Assembly: GCF_006345805.1 (NCBI RefSeq) | Contig: NC_043001.1 | Coordinates: forward strand, 94,364,001-94,428,000 | Reading direction: 5' to 3' | Source: Octopus sinensis | Taxonomy: Eukaryota | DNA: 64,000 nucleotides | Shown here: piece after piece, positions 1 through 11,223 of the stretch | Position numbering within the stretch: position 1 is the first letter of the stretch | How the letters are laid out: every line of letters starts with the position of its first letter | The notes under the pieces: generated by a model | The model's input: the letters and a program-made list of their open reading frames with translations, nothing else | The model's database searches: none | Told to the model about the DNA's origin: nothing | Position numbers and translations under genes: made by a program

Positions 1-500
1 TATTTGTGTATGGCAAACATCTGACTCTTTAAAATACACCCACACATACTCTTACGCCTGCTTCTAACGTTGTCGTCAGATACGTATGCCTGTATGTTAT
101 ATATGCAATAATGTTCGTATAGCTACATAAACATAAGTTTATATGCATGCGATAACAACTAGACCTGAAGTTTAACTATTAACGTTGTCGGTCTCAAGAT
201 CATATGGATGTGATTTCGATTCTTGCAACCGAATTCCTTCATGTCATCCGGTCTGAAAAATGCAAAAAAAAAAAAATGAAATCTTTATACGGCATTATTT
301 GCCTCCATGTATAATCCACGTATTCTACATGAATGATGTGAGTGTTACGTAGATGCTTTGTGAATATATTGATTTGATTCGATACTTAAACAATACAGAG
401 CATAATGTCTTCATAAATATGCGTATATCTAACTATATACGTATGTATGTATGTATCTATCTATCTGTTTATCTATCCATTAATATATATTTTTAATTCT

Positions 501-833
501 TTTACATGTTTCACTCATTTGACTGCGACCGTGTTGGAGCACCGCCATAAATCGTCCTCACGATTTATCCTTTGTTAGCTTAGTACCTAACTTATCGGTC
601 TCTTTTGCCGAGTCGCTTTGTGACGTGTGCGTAAAATCACCAGCATCGGTTGTCAGGCGATGGTGAGGGGACAAACACAGAGAGGCAAGGAGACACAAAC
701 ACATACACATACACATATATGATTAAACGTGGCTATAGTAGAATATACTTGCTCAAGGTGTCACGCAGTGAGACTGAATTCGGAAACATGTGGTTGGGAA
801 GCAAGCTTCATACTACACAACCACTCCTGCACC
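501..833 (-). mobile_element. tRNA-derived SINE, family A (degraded full-length copy)
   Basis: Reverse complement starts GGTGCAGGAGTGGTTGTGTAG, has a central CA/GT microsatellite and ends ..GGCGGTGCTCCAACACGGTCGCAGTCAAATGAGTGAAAC; alignable by eye with copies at 7313 and 35153. Confidence 0.85.
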
Positions 834-861
834 GATACACACACACACACACGTGTGTGTG

Positions 862-903
<42 letters not shown>

Positions 904-931
904 AGAGAGAGAGAGAGAGAGAGAGTTGCAT

Positions 932-1190
932 ACTGTTGACATAAGCTGACAGTCCCGTAAAGAGAATTAGCCCACCGCTATTTAGCCCTAGGAAGCATCG
1001 AGGCTTCATGTCGGTTTTGAAACATTTCCTGTGTTCTTATATTTGCGAAGGAGAGGCAAGCACCACCACCAGCTAGGGCTAGTACCTAGAGAAATATGTC
1101 AAAGCCGTCAGGAGGGGTCGATGCTTCCTAGGGCGGCTAAATAGCGGTGAGGTAATTCCCTTTACGGGACTGTCACGTTATGTTGACAGT
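932..1190. mobile_element. MITE-like element with ~70-bp terminal inverted repeats
   Basis: 932-1001 (ACTGTTGACATAAGCTGACAGTCCCGTAAAG..GGAAGCATCGA) is the near-exact reverse complement of 1118-1190; no clear TSD. Confidence 0.75.
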
Positions 1191-1302
1191 CTGGAACTAC
1201 TGTATCGCTCCACCACCGCCCATGGCTCTCTGAGAGATTTAGAAATTCAATATTTCTAAATAAATAACAAATATATATATATATATATAATATATATATA
1301 TA

Positions 1303-2520
1303 CTAGCTGAAGGTGACCCGCTCTACGCGCGGGTAAGAGTGTGGGGTTACTTTCTGTTGCTTCCTTTCAGCACGTAAAAAGCACCATCCGAACGTGGACG
1401 ATTGCAGCACCGCCTTGACTTGCTTCTGTGCCGGTGGCACGTAAAAAGCACCAACCGATCGTTGCCACTGCGAGCCCCCCTGGCACCAGTGCCGTCGGCA
1501 CGAAAAAAGCACTCACTACACTCACAGTGTGGTTGGCGTTAGGAAGGTCATCCACCTGTAGAAACACTGCCAGATCAGACTGGAGCCTGGTGCAGCCTCC
1601 TGGCTTCCGAGACCCGGTCACACTGCCCAACCCGTATTTGTTTCTCTCCGTATTTGTTTCTCTCTCCTTTCTCTCTCACTTTCCCACTCTCTTACTTTTC
1701 TTTTCTCTCTGACTCTCCCTCGCTTTCTCTTACTCTCTATCTTTATCTATCTCTCTCCCATTTATAAACAACAGAAGATCTTGAGTAAGTTGAGAATAAA
1801 ATATTTAGAAAGATCAATCAGAATATGAGGCAGTGGCAATGGAAAGGTCTGCTTCAAGGCAGACAGCAAAACGCTAACATTCAAAAGGGACAGACGAACT
1901 TGCGAGCTGAATAAAAATAATAAAATATTGGAAACCAATTTGAAGTGATAGAATCTGAGGATAGTAGAGTCACCATGGCTGGCATTTGTTAACGACGGAC
2001 AGCAACGTAGTGACAGTTTAACGGCTGGCGTAAAATTTAGAACTTGATGTAAAAGAAAATTCGTAAACACCAAGTTTTGAAGTGATTCTTTCTCACGACA
2101 GTAGACTCACCATGGCAAGCATTCAAAACTTCTTTATCATGGACGGCAACACATTGACGATTAAAAGGCTGGCGCAAATTTTTTAGCTTGATGCAACAGA
2201 GAATTCCTAAACACCCGCTCTTTGAAATTTTAATCCCCTTCCAGCCCCATTTAGACCCCTTTTCACATTTTGGTTAATATAACCCGATTTCATTCGGGTG
2301 TACTGGGGCCACATTTTATAAGATGAGGAATTTTGTCCTAGAGGTGACGCCTTTCATTTGAGGAACAAATTGGTTGTGATGCAAACTTGTCAGCACCTTT
2401 AACATAGGTGTGCATATTTTCAGGTGAATCGACCGACTACGTAATGCACACATATATATATGTGTATATATATATATGTGTGTGTGCACGCATTATATAT
2501 ACAAATGTATACAAATGAGA
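1303..2520 (-). mobile_element. Non-autonomous Helitron-like element carrying an internal SINE-type insert
   Basis: Minus-strand 3' end = hairpin ACCCGC..GCGGGT followed by CTAG (1303-1306); plausible 5' ATCTC near 2520 after a microsatellite; 5' boundary uncertain. Confidence 0.5.
1365..1636 (+). mobile_element. GC-rich interspersed repeat fragment with three ~65-bp GCACGTAAAAAGCAC units
   Basis: Units start at 1370, 1437 and 1498 (third variant GCACGAAAAAAGCAC), followed by GGTTGGCGTTAGGAAGG..CAGATCAGACTGGAGCCTGGTGCAGCC; SINE-like identity is recalled, not tested. Confidence 0.55.
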
Positions 2521-2630
2521 TATATATCTGTATAAATTAAATTAGAGATAAAACCACTAATAGGCAAATCAAACAGTGAAAAACCAAAAACAAAAACATA
2601 AAAAAAGAAAAATATAACATAGAAAATATA

Positions 2631-3642
2631 TCTATATATATAAAACTGTAGTTGTGTGAGTGTCTGTCCCCTTCGATTTAGATTCCTAACTACTCCCAAA
2701 TTTTGCGGTGCAGTTTAACCAAATTCGGGTAACTTATAGTCGTGATTCATATCGAGCCATCTGGGTATTAGCGCGCGTCTACGATGAGTGAACGATTTAA
2801 AAATAATTTAACATCATTTTTTATTCCATTTTAATGCATATTTTTTCGTGTGTCGATGGCGGCGGAGTTGGCGTCCACGCTCACGCCTGCACCTGTGTTG
2901 CTTCTCCCCCTTCTTCCCTCCCTCGTGAAGCTGTGGGGAAGGGAGTGTAAGGAAATCAACGTCGTAATGCGTTGTGAAGGAGACCAGCGTTCTTTTAGAA
3001 CAACGACTTCATGGCTTGAAGTCGCCAACAAACAGTCGCTAAAAAAGCTGAAACAGATCCACAAAAACGGCAAAAACCGCCACACAGGGCAGGTTTCCTG
3101 TGCAAACAATTTGCACAACCGAATGTTTTAGTTGTTGCACAAATCTTTATATATAAAAGTAAGGTTGTGTGTCTGTCTCCTACGATTTAGATTCCTAACT
3201 ACTCCCACATTTTGCGGTGCAGTGTAACCAAAACCGGTATCTTATAGTCGTGATTCATATCGAGCCTTCTGGGTATTAGCGCGCGTCTACGATGAGTCTA
3301 CGATTTAAAAAAAAATTTACCATCATTTTTTATTCCATTTTAATGCATTTTTCGCTATTATATAAGGGAAGTAACTCTCTAAAAATGTCTACGATGAGTC
3401 AACGATTAAAAAAAAATTACCATCATTTTTTTATTCCATTTTAATGCATTTTTCGCTATTATATAAGGGAAGTAACTCTGTAAAAATGTCTACGATGAGT
3501 CAACGATTTAAAAAAGAAATTACTATCATTTTTTATTCCATCTTTAATGCATTTTTTGCTATTTTTTTTGCTATAACTCACTAAAAATGCTTATATAGTT
3601 ATTTCCCTTACAAACCCGAGCAACGCCGGGCGATACTGCTAG
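2631..3642 (+). mobile_element. Non-autonomous Helitron (composite, two 5' ends)
   Basis: A|TC start at 2631, second A|TC start at 3144, 3' hairpin CCCGAGCAACGCCGGG then CTAG|T at 3639-3642; second copy at 21652-22471. Confidence 0.85.
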
Positions 3643-3784
3643 TAAAATATAAAATTGAAAACTTTAAATTATTTAAATTGAAAATAAAAATTATGAAATT
3701 ATATTTATAATTTGTTTAAAAATATATATAACTATGAAAAAGTATGAAAAAGTTTAATATACATAAATACAGATATATACACTT

Positions 3785-4015
3785 TGTATATATACATTAT
3801 ATATACATATTTATATATAGAACACACACACACACATACATATATATACATATTTATATATAGAACACACACACACACATACATTATATATACATATTTA
3901 TATATAGAACACACACACACACATACACTATATATACATATTTATATAGAGAACACACCACACATACATTATATATACTATATTAATAGAAACACACACA
4001 CACACACCACACATA
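3785..4015. repeat. Minisatellite of ~40-bp AT/AC-derived units
   Basis: About five copies of TATATACATATTTATATATAGAACACACACAC. Confidence 0.7.
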
Positions 4016-4149
4016 TAAATGAACGCAAGATATCTGATTCATAATATTTGTTCTCATGCTCGTGTGTTGATTGTTGGTGACAGACATATACTTCAAAGAA
4101 CGCCGCCGAAGTGATAGGAAGGTAGGAAACAGAGTCAGTGAAAAAAAAG

Positions 4150-4419
4150 GAAATAACGATAGTGACAGATACTTTAAATAACCGTAGTGGCATTCTGAAA
4201 GTTATAATGAAGAGGAGTGACAGAGTACTGGAGAAATAGGGTGAGGTAGGAAGATGGCCCCTAGAACCACAGCTTTTTAGATAGGGATTTCTAAGGTAGC
4301 CCGCGCATCGTCACCTCATTCTACATGTCCCTGTAAATTTTGGATCGAATCGGACGGGATGTAGTGGCATTGAAAGCGAACCAAGCGGTAAAAACGCAAT
4401 GCAGTTTTATATATAGAGA
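4150..4419 (-). mobile_element. Helitron-like 5' fragment
   Basis: Reverse complement begins ATCTCTATATATAAAACTG like the other Helitron 5' ends; no CTAG 3' end found; left boundary approximate. Confidence 0.4.
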
Positions 4420-4753
4420 TATATATATATATGATGAAATATACCATTTCTTGAATGAGACAACAATGCAGAGGGGACTATAATAAATTCTGCAATTTAA
4501 TTCTCCCTAGTCTGATATAATATTTCAGAATATATAAATTCCTTCTTCAGGCCTCACTAGGAATTGACCGAATCACTCTCCAATCGGATTTCCACGGTTA
4601 CTCTCCTACGCACATAAATATATATAATGTATATGTGCGTGTATATATATATATATATATATATATAGTAGATATATATATATAATATATATTATGATAT
4701 ATGTATATATTCATATATACACACATGCAGTGTATCTTATATACTTATGTATA

Positions 4754-4786
<33 letters not shown>

Positions 4787-5205
4787 AATATATAATATAT
4801 ATGTGTGGTGTGTGTATGTATGTGCGTATGTATGTAAGAGAGGAAATTGAATTAACGAGCGTCTTTAATGAGTAACACGGAAATATTTCTAAAATAGTGT
4901 TACTGCTTATAAAGGGCTTCGCAATTGCAGATGTAAAAAGACATCATTTGCACAAGCACTGCATCTGTGGAAAATCGGCCTAAATATGTTAAATGCGATC
5001 ATAACAAGAAGGCATAATGTCTATCAGTACATTGGTGCAAAAGCAGAAAATAACTATTCTGTCTTTGTATACTTGTTTTTATTTGGCATAAGAAAGAAGG
5101 GAAGGAGGAAACAAGTAAAACGACCATATCCAATAACCATAACACTATATGTTGAACACACGATTTCACATCAGGAATCTTGCAAAAGAAATTATAGACG
5201 TAAAT

Positions 5206-5280
<75 letters not shown>

Positions 5281-5302
5281 TATATATATATATATATATA
5301 TA

Positions 5303-5407
5303 ATTTTATAGAAGGAGCTTCTACAGGACTAGAACTATTCCATTCAGAGGAAATCTTCAGGAAGCTGGCTGTCAAAATAAGTTCTGGTATTTATGCATTT
5401 AGGCAGA
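5303..5407 (+). repeat. Half copy of the fold-back element at 18073-18260
   Basis: TTTTATAGAAGGAGCTTCTACAGGACTAGAAC..AGGCAGA matches the left arm and loop of the 18073 palindrome. Confidence 0.8.
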
Positions 5408-5854
5408 TTTAATGGAGTGGTGGTGGCAGGGGGGGCCTTTTTTGTGTAGGTTGATATTTAGGAGATAAACAGGGCAGAAGCTATTGTTCTTAGGGGAGTG
5501 GTCAAAAGGCCAGAGTGTTTTTTGAAATGAGAAGAATCAGTGAGAAAATAAATAAATGAATAAATAGAATAAATGAATAGAAATCCCGAGAATAGTATTT
5601 CAACAGATATATGGGATGGGATTTTAGGTAAATTAGAAGACAATTGCTTTTTGGTGGTCAAGAAGAGGTAGGCAGTTTGTTATTGTTAGGTGGAGGGAAT
5701 AAATAGATAAATATACATGAAAAAACATTAAAAAAATATAATAAAATATAAAATAAATATTCATACAAACACACATACATACACATGCGAATATACATAT
5801 GCATACATACATACGCACATATACATACATACATACATATATATATATATACAT

Positions 5855-5885
<31 letters not shown>

Positions 5886-5995
5886 CCCATACATACATAC
5901 ACTTATATACACACACGCACGCACATACATATATATATTCTGCTATGTATTGGGTACCTATTTTACTGTGGTTACCCGACTCAACCAGGACATAC

Positions 5996-6029
<34 letters not shown>

Positions 6030-6051
6030 TAATATATTATATATATCTATA

Positions 6052-6116
<65 letters not shown>

Positions 6117-6268
6117 ATATATATATAATGCAGGAGCCACTCCTACTAAAATTTCTCCTATGGCATTAAACTATACTAAGCCCGACACACATACGCACAC
6201 ACACACCTACTATCATAACACACACACACAGACCTGCGCGAGCGCACATACCTACACATACACACACA

Positions 6269-6504
6269 TACCTATTTCTTTATTACCCACAAGGGGCTAA
6301 ACACAGAGGGGACAAACAAGGACAGACATAGGTATTAAGTCGATTACATCGACCCCAGTGCGTAACTGGTACCTAATTTATCGACCCCGAAAGGATGAAA
6401 GGCAAAGTCGACCTCGGCGGAATTTGAACTCACAACGTAACGACAGACGAAATACGGCTACGCATTTCGCCCGGCGTGCTAACGTTTCTGCCAGCTCGCC
6501 GCCT
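6269..6504 (-). mobile_element. tRNA-derived SINE, family B
   Basis: Reverse complement: GGCGGCGAGCTGGCAGAAACG (A-box-like) .. GAGTTCAAATTCC (B-box) .. GCCTTTCATCCTTTCGGGGTCGATAAA; further copies at 33536, 54670-55013 and 56351. Confidence 0.9.
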
Positions 6505-6648
6505 ATACCTCTTTCTCTTGCACTCTCCTGTCTTTGAAAGAACTTTTTCTTCACGCATTCCCCTCCGGTCATTAAATATGTGACCGCGTGTGTATCGTTG
6601 GCGATTTTTCCCTCAGTCTTCCCTTCCTTGGATCTTTCCTTTTTCTAT

Positions 6649-6683
6649 GTTTCTGACGAAGAGCTCTGCTCGAAACATTAAAT
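6649..6683 (+). ncRNA. Minimal type I hammerhead-ribozyme motif (one substitution in helix III) in a Penelope-like repeat fragment
   Basis: GUUU-CUGACGA-A-GAGC(UCU)GCUC-GAAAC-AUU-AAA(U): core, stem II, GAAA and a short helix I are visible directly. Confidence 0.55.
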
Positions 6684-6747
6684 TTTCCTTCTTTCTTTCC
6701 TTCCCGAGCATCCAATAACATTACACTTGTCCCACAAGTACACACAC

Positions 6748-6800
<53 letters not shown>

Positions 6801-6807
6801 CTATATG

Positions 6808-6925
6808 TAGTGGCTGTGCGATAAGTAGCTTTCTTAAGAACGACATGGTTCCGGCTTCAGTCCCACTGCGTGGCACATTGGGCAGGTATCTTCTACTATA
6901 GGCTCGGGTCGACCAAAGCCTATTC
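6808..6925 (+). mobile_element. SINE family A, 5' fragment
   Basis: GTAGTGGCTGTGCGATAAGTAGC..CAGTCCCACTGCGTGGCAC..GGTCGACCAAAGCC matches the head of the 7313 copy. Confidence 0.75.
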
Positions 6926-7312
6926 ACTTGTAGATGATCGCCATATGATATCAATGACATTCTAGTCCGTGTTTTACGTAGAAAGCCGTATCATGATAAA
7001 CAATAATTTATAGGCAAAGGTAGACTTCGTTTATGAGAAACCGTATCATGAGAAAACTGAAACCTGTAATTCATTAGTAATATACATAGGTCTACTTTTA
7101 TACTGTATCGTGGCACCGATACAAGGGACTTTGGTTGTGTATGGATATTTTGGAAATAAAGAGACAGTCGCTTTTTATCCATATTTTACTAGAATATTTT
7201 AACAGAATTTAAAAAATGATACAAAATAAGTAAAATTACTACCTGCAGTCAGAGCAAGTTGATGCACATATTTTATCCCACCCTCTCTGAAATATAAATA
7301 TAAATATAAATA

Positions 7313-7675
7313 GGCGCAGGAGTGGCTGTGTGGTAAGTAGCTTGCTAACCAACCACACGGTTGCGGTTCATCCCACTGCGTGGCATCTTGGGCAAGTGTC
7401 TTCTGCTATACCCCGGGCCGACCATGCCTTGTGAGTGGATTTGGTAGACGGAAACTGAAAGAAGCCTGTCGTATATTGTAAATATATTGTATGCGTGGTG
7501 TTGTGTGTCTGTGTTTGTCCCCTAGCATTGCTTGACAACCCGATGCTGGTGTGTTTAGGTCCCCGTCACTTAGCGTTCGGCAAAAGAGACCGATAGAATA
7601 AGTACTAAAAGGTGGTGCTCCAGCATGGCCGCAGTCAAATGACTGAAACAAGTAAAAGAGTAAAGTAGTAAGAGT
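7313..7675 (+). mobile_element. tRNA-derived SINE, family A (near full length)
   Basis: GGCGCAGGAGTGGCTGTGTGGTAAG head, GT-rich centre, tail GGTGCTCCAGCATGGCCGCAGTCAAATGACTGAAAC followed by (AGAGTA)-like repeats. Confidence 0.9.
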
Positions 7676-7755
7676 ATAATATATATATATATTTTCTATT
7701 TTCAGCTCAGAGCTGCGGCCATGCTGATGCACCGCTGTTTTGTGCTACACTGTTA

Positions 7756-10735
7756 TTACGACGAAACTCGTCTAATATGTGGCACTTGGTGAAGAATGGA
7801 GTTTGATATAGCTACTCTCATTTGCACCTCTTGCCGTGAGGTAGGTTCATCTGGGACTCTTGACAGGAAGATGTCCAGCTTTGATTTATAAACCGCTACA
7901 TCTACTTTGTGCAAGTTCCTCAGACTCGTTGGAAGAATATTAAAAAGCTGTGGGCCCTTGAAACCCAGGCTGTTGCAAAAGCTGGTCCTGAAGCATGATG
8001 GCATTGCTGGGATCTTTGGCACTATGCAGTGTCGTCCCGTTCTAGCATTGGTGTAGCTTACAATGCCAACATTTGGCACAATTCCTTCCAGGATCTTCCA
8101 GACATATATTACTGCATACCTCTCCCGTCTTCTCTCCAGGGAGTATAGTCTTAACTGTTTCAACCTTTCCCAGTAGCTGAGCTGTTGCAAAGAGATGATC
8201 TTCTTTGTGAATCTTCTCTGGATTGCTTCAAGGTCCGCTGTTAATTTTACACTGGTTGGTGACCATAGCTGTGAGCAGTAATCCAGGCGACTGAGGACGA
8301 ATGTCTGCCAGAGGACCATCATGGTTTCCTTATCTCTGGTTCTGAATGTTCTTAGGATCCACCCAGCCAGTCGTCTGCACTTTGTCGCCATCCTGGTAAT
8401 GTGCACTTGGAAAGAGGTATCATCACTCATGTCGATATCCAGGTCCCTCACAGACTTAGACTCTGGGATTGAAATTTCCTGTGGACCGGTGTATCCTGTA
8501 AGTTTAATATTCAGTTTTGGATGCTGGTAGCGTAAGGCCTGGAATTTTTCAGCATTAAACTGCATATTATTATCCTCAGCCCATCTGTAGATTGAGTCCA
8601 ACTCCTGCTGCAGGTGTGCAACATCACTGGGGTTCTGCATTTTCTGTGAGTCTTTCGTATCGTCTGCATAGCTGGCCAGAGTGGCTATGCGGGCATTTGA
8701 AGGCATATCTGAGAGGGCCACTATAAAAAGCAGTGGTCCCAAGACAGTGCCCTGTGGAACACCGCTCAATATTTGTGTGTACATAGAGGTGGCTCCATTA
8801 ACCACTACTGCCTGACTCCTATGTTTCAGGAAGTCATGCAACCACACTCCAAGTTTTCCAGATATGCCGAGGTCACGTAGTTTGTGGCATATCATACCAT
8901 GATCCACCTTGTCAAAAGCTTTTGCGAAATCAAGGTAGATTACGTCCACATTTGATTTGTTGAGTAACTGCCTCAACACCCAGTCATAATGCTGCAAGAG
9001 CTGGGTCAGGCAGCTCCTACCTGGTCGAAAACCATGCTGGGTATCATTCAGCAAGTTATTTTCCTCAAGGAATGCGATTAGTTTCTTTTTGACTATCCGT
9101 TCCATGACTTTGCTGATGTGTGAAGTCAGAGAGATAGGCCTATAGTTTTTGGCATCTGCTCTACTTCCCCCTTTATGTATTCGGTATATTATTCCCCCCT
9201 TCAGCTTCTTGGCAGTTTGCCATTCGCAAGAAAGCTCTGGAAGAGAATCTTGAGGGGTTTTGCCAGGGCATGCTTACACGCTTTGAGGAGGATGGCTGGG
9301 AAACCATCTGGACCAGCAGCTGAGTTTTTGTCCACTTCATCTATGGCTAGTAGGACATCTTTTTTGCTAATGTCAATACATTCTATTGTAACCGCCTCGT
9401 TGGTTATAGTTGAGGCTGCAAAGAAGTCCACTGGTTCGTTCACTTGTCTGTGTTCCAACGGGGTGGTAAATACACTTTTGAACTAGTCATTCAGCATCTC
9501 ACTGATCATAGTTGGACTGTCTGTGAGGGAGCCATCCGTTTGGAGGAGGGGTCCTATCTTGTAGTGCACTGAGACTGTTTCTTTCGCGTAATGAGAGAAG
9601 GCCTGTGGGTTTGATTTAATGTTTATTATAACCCAGGCTTATTTGTCTGCTTTCTCCTTCACATAGGATTGTTGCAGCCTTTTTTTGATCTCCATCATTG
9701 TTGTTTTTAGGCGGGACGTTTTGCTACTTTTTGGATGCTGGTTGAGACGATTTGCAACCTTCGTCCGTCGTCTCATGAGGATCTTCCAGTCTCTTGGAAT
9801 CTTGCTCCTATTTGTTTTGCTCTTGTGCTCTGGGACATATTTCTGGCATGCGGCTTGCACAGAAGACATGAAACATTCTAGTTTCATGTCAATGTCTGGT
9901 GTGGAGAGACATTCCGGCCAGTCCTCTCTGAGGATCTCTTTTTGCATCGAATTCCAATCTGCTTTATGGAAGTTCAGATTGGAGAGATTTCGGGTGCTTC
10001 CTTTAGGCTGTATGTCTCTGGTCACTTTCGGCCCAAACATAGACAGCTCTATTATGTTGTGATCCGAAACTGATGTCGGTGTCACTTTCACATCATGAAT
10101 GATGTCCATATTGTTCGTGAAGCAGAGATCCAGAATGTTATTCGCCCGAGTTGGCTTGAGTACAACTTGCTCCATGAATAAAGTATTGGTGAGGTTGAGC
10201 AGGGACTCCACCTGTACTTGCTTGCAATGATTCATTCCTGAGAGTATGTGACCTTCGGGCCATTTGACGTTGGGGAAGTTGAAATCATTCATAAGAAATA
10301 TGGTCACATGGTGTTCCAGATTCATGAGGATGTCTTTAATTCTTGTGAGGCAATCTTCAAACTTGCCTATGTGATTTGGGGCATCCGGTGGGCAATATGC
10401 ATTGCATATGACTATATTATGTTGTCTTATGTATACAATTAAGGTGTCACATACCGAATTTGAGTATGTCAGCAAGACCTGGCGTGTGAGGTCATCTCGG
10501 ATGTATACAGCAACTCCACCATGGCTCCTTTCCCCTCTGTCTGTTCGCAGTATGGCATAGTTTGATATGTGTACTTCTGCGTCCTCTATATCAGGGTTGA
10601 GGTGAGTTTCCACAAGTGCTATGCATAGGGCTTCATTTCTCAGGAAAGAAATTTGTTTCTATTTTGATGCAACAGGCTCCCAATATTTAGTAAAAGTATT
10701 GGGGTGACGGCAGTGGAGGCGTTAGGGGAGGCCAT
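7756..10735 (-). pseudogene. LINE ORF2 (APE endonuclease + reverse transcriptase), disrupted
   Basis: APE motifs ILLLNIG, ETHL, GGVAVY, DFNFP, NILDLCF, SDHN; RT motifs QHGFRPGRSC, YLDFAKAFDKVDH, GVPQGTVLGPLLF, YADDT. Frameshifts near 10650 and 9200; in-frame stops at 9639-9641 (TAA) and ~9483 (TAG). Confidence 0.95.
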
Positions 10736-11153
10736 CCTGTGTATGTTGACTGTGGTGGTCTTGCATAGCGGTGGGCAGGGTTCCTTCTTTGTGCTTGGTG
10801 TAGCCAGGTTAGCTGCCGGACAATTCTTTCCGCCATGCATAAAAAAGACTCTTGCTCAGCTGCTGCGTTGCGCAGAAAATCTGAGGAGCGCACTTCGTTT
10901 TTGAAAGTTTTCCTGGGAGACATTTCTTTTGTTCCCTAGGTAAAGTTTTTCTCTTTGAGTCCCGTGAAGTTCTGGCGGGGTTCGGGTGGGCGAACCGGCA
11001 GTTTTTGCCGTCCTCACCATGCCAACATTTGCCCCGCAGGTAGAACTTACAGGTTCTTCGGTGCCTTCCAGATTTCTTCTTTCCTAAAGTGTCCTGGGTG
11101 GCATTGGATCCTCCCTGGGGTTCTCTGCTGTTTGTGTGGTGGGTTGGGGTTTC
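10687..11153 (-). pseudogene. LINE ORF1 remnant with CCCH zinc finger
   Basis: CKFYLRGKCWHGEDGKNCRFAH = C-x7-C-x8-C-x3-H; frame disrupted downstream; overlaps the ORF2 start. Confidence 0.7.
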
Positions 11154-11223
11154 ATACGTATATTTACATACGTATATGTATACGTATATACATATGCAAA
11201 TACATGGGCAGAGGACGTCGCAA

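Larger units (their letters stand above)
7692..11153 (-). mobile_element. CR1/L2-group non-LTR retrotransposon, 5'-truncated in ORF1
   Basis: APE endonuclease and RT ORFs in tandem on the minus strand, upstream CCCH-finger ORF1 remnant, short 3' UTR with stem-loop and A-rich end. Confidence 0.95.

Noticed and set aside
1370-1520. Short direct repeats with spacers (also the ~113-bp repeats at 3280-3560)
   Set aside because: Eukaryotic transposon-internal tandem repeats; no CRISPR-like repeat/spacer regularity and no cas genes.
2850-3131. ORF MSMAAELASTLTPAPVLL.. with a paralogue at 21797-22120
   Set aside because: Lies inside the duplicated Helitron and the frames diverge between copies, so coding is not conserved.
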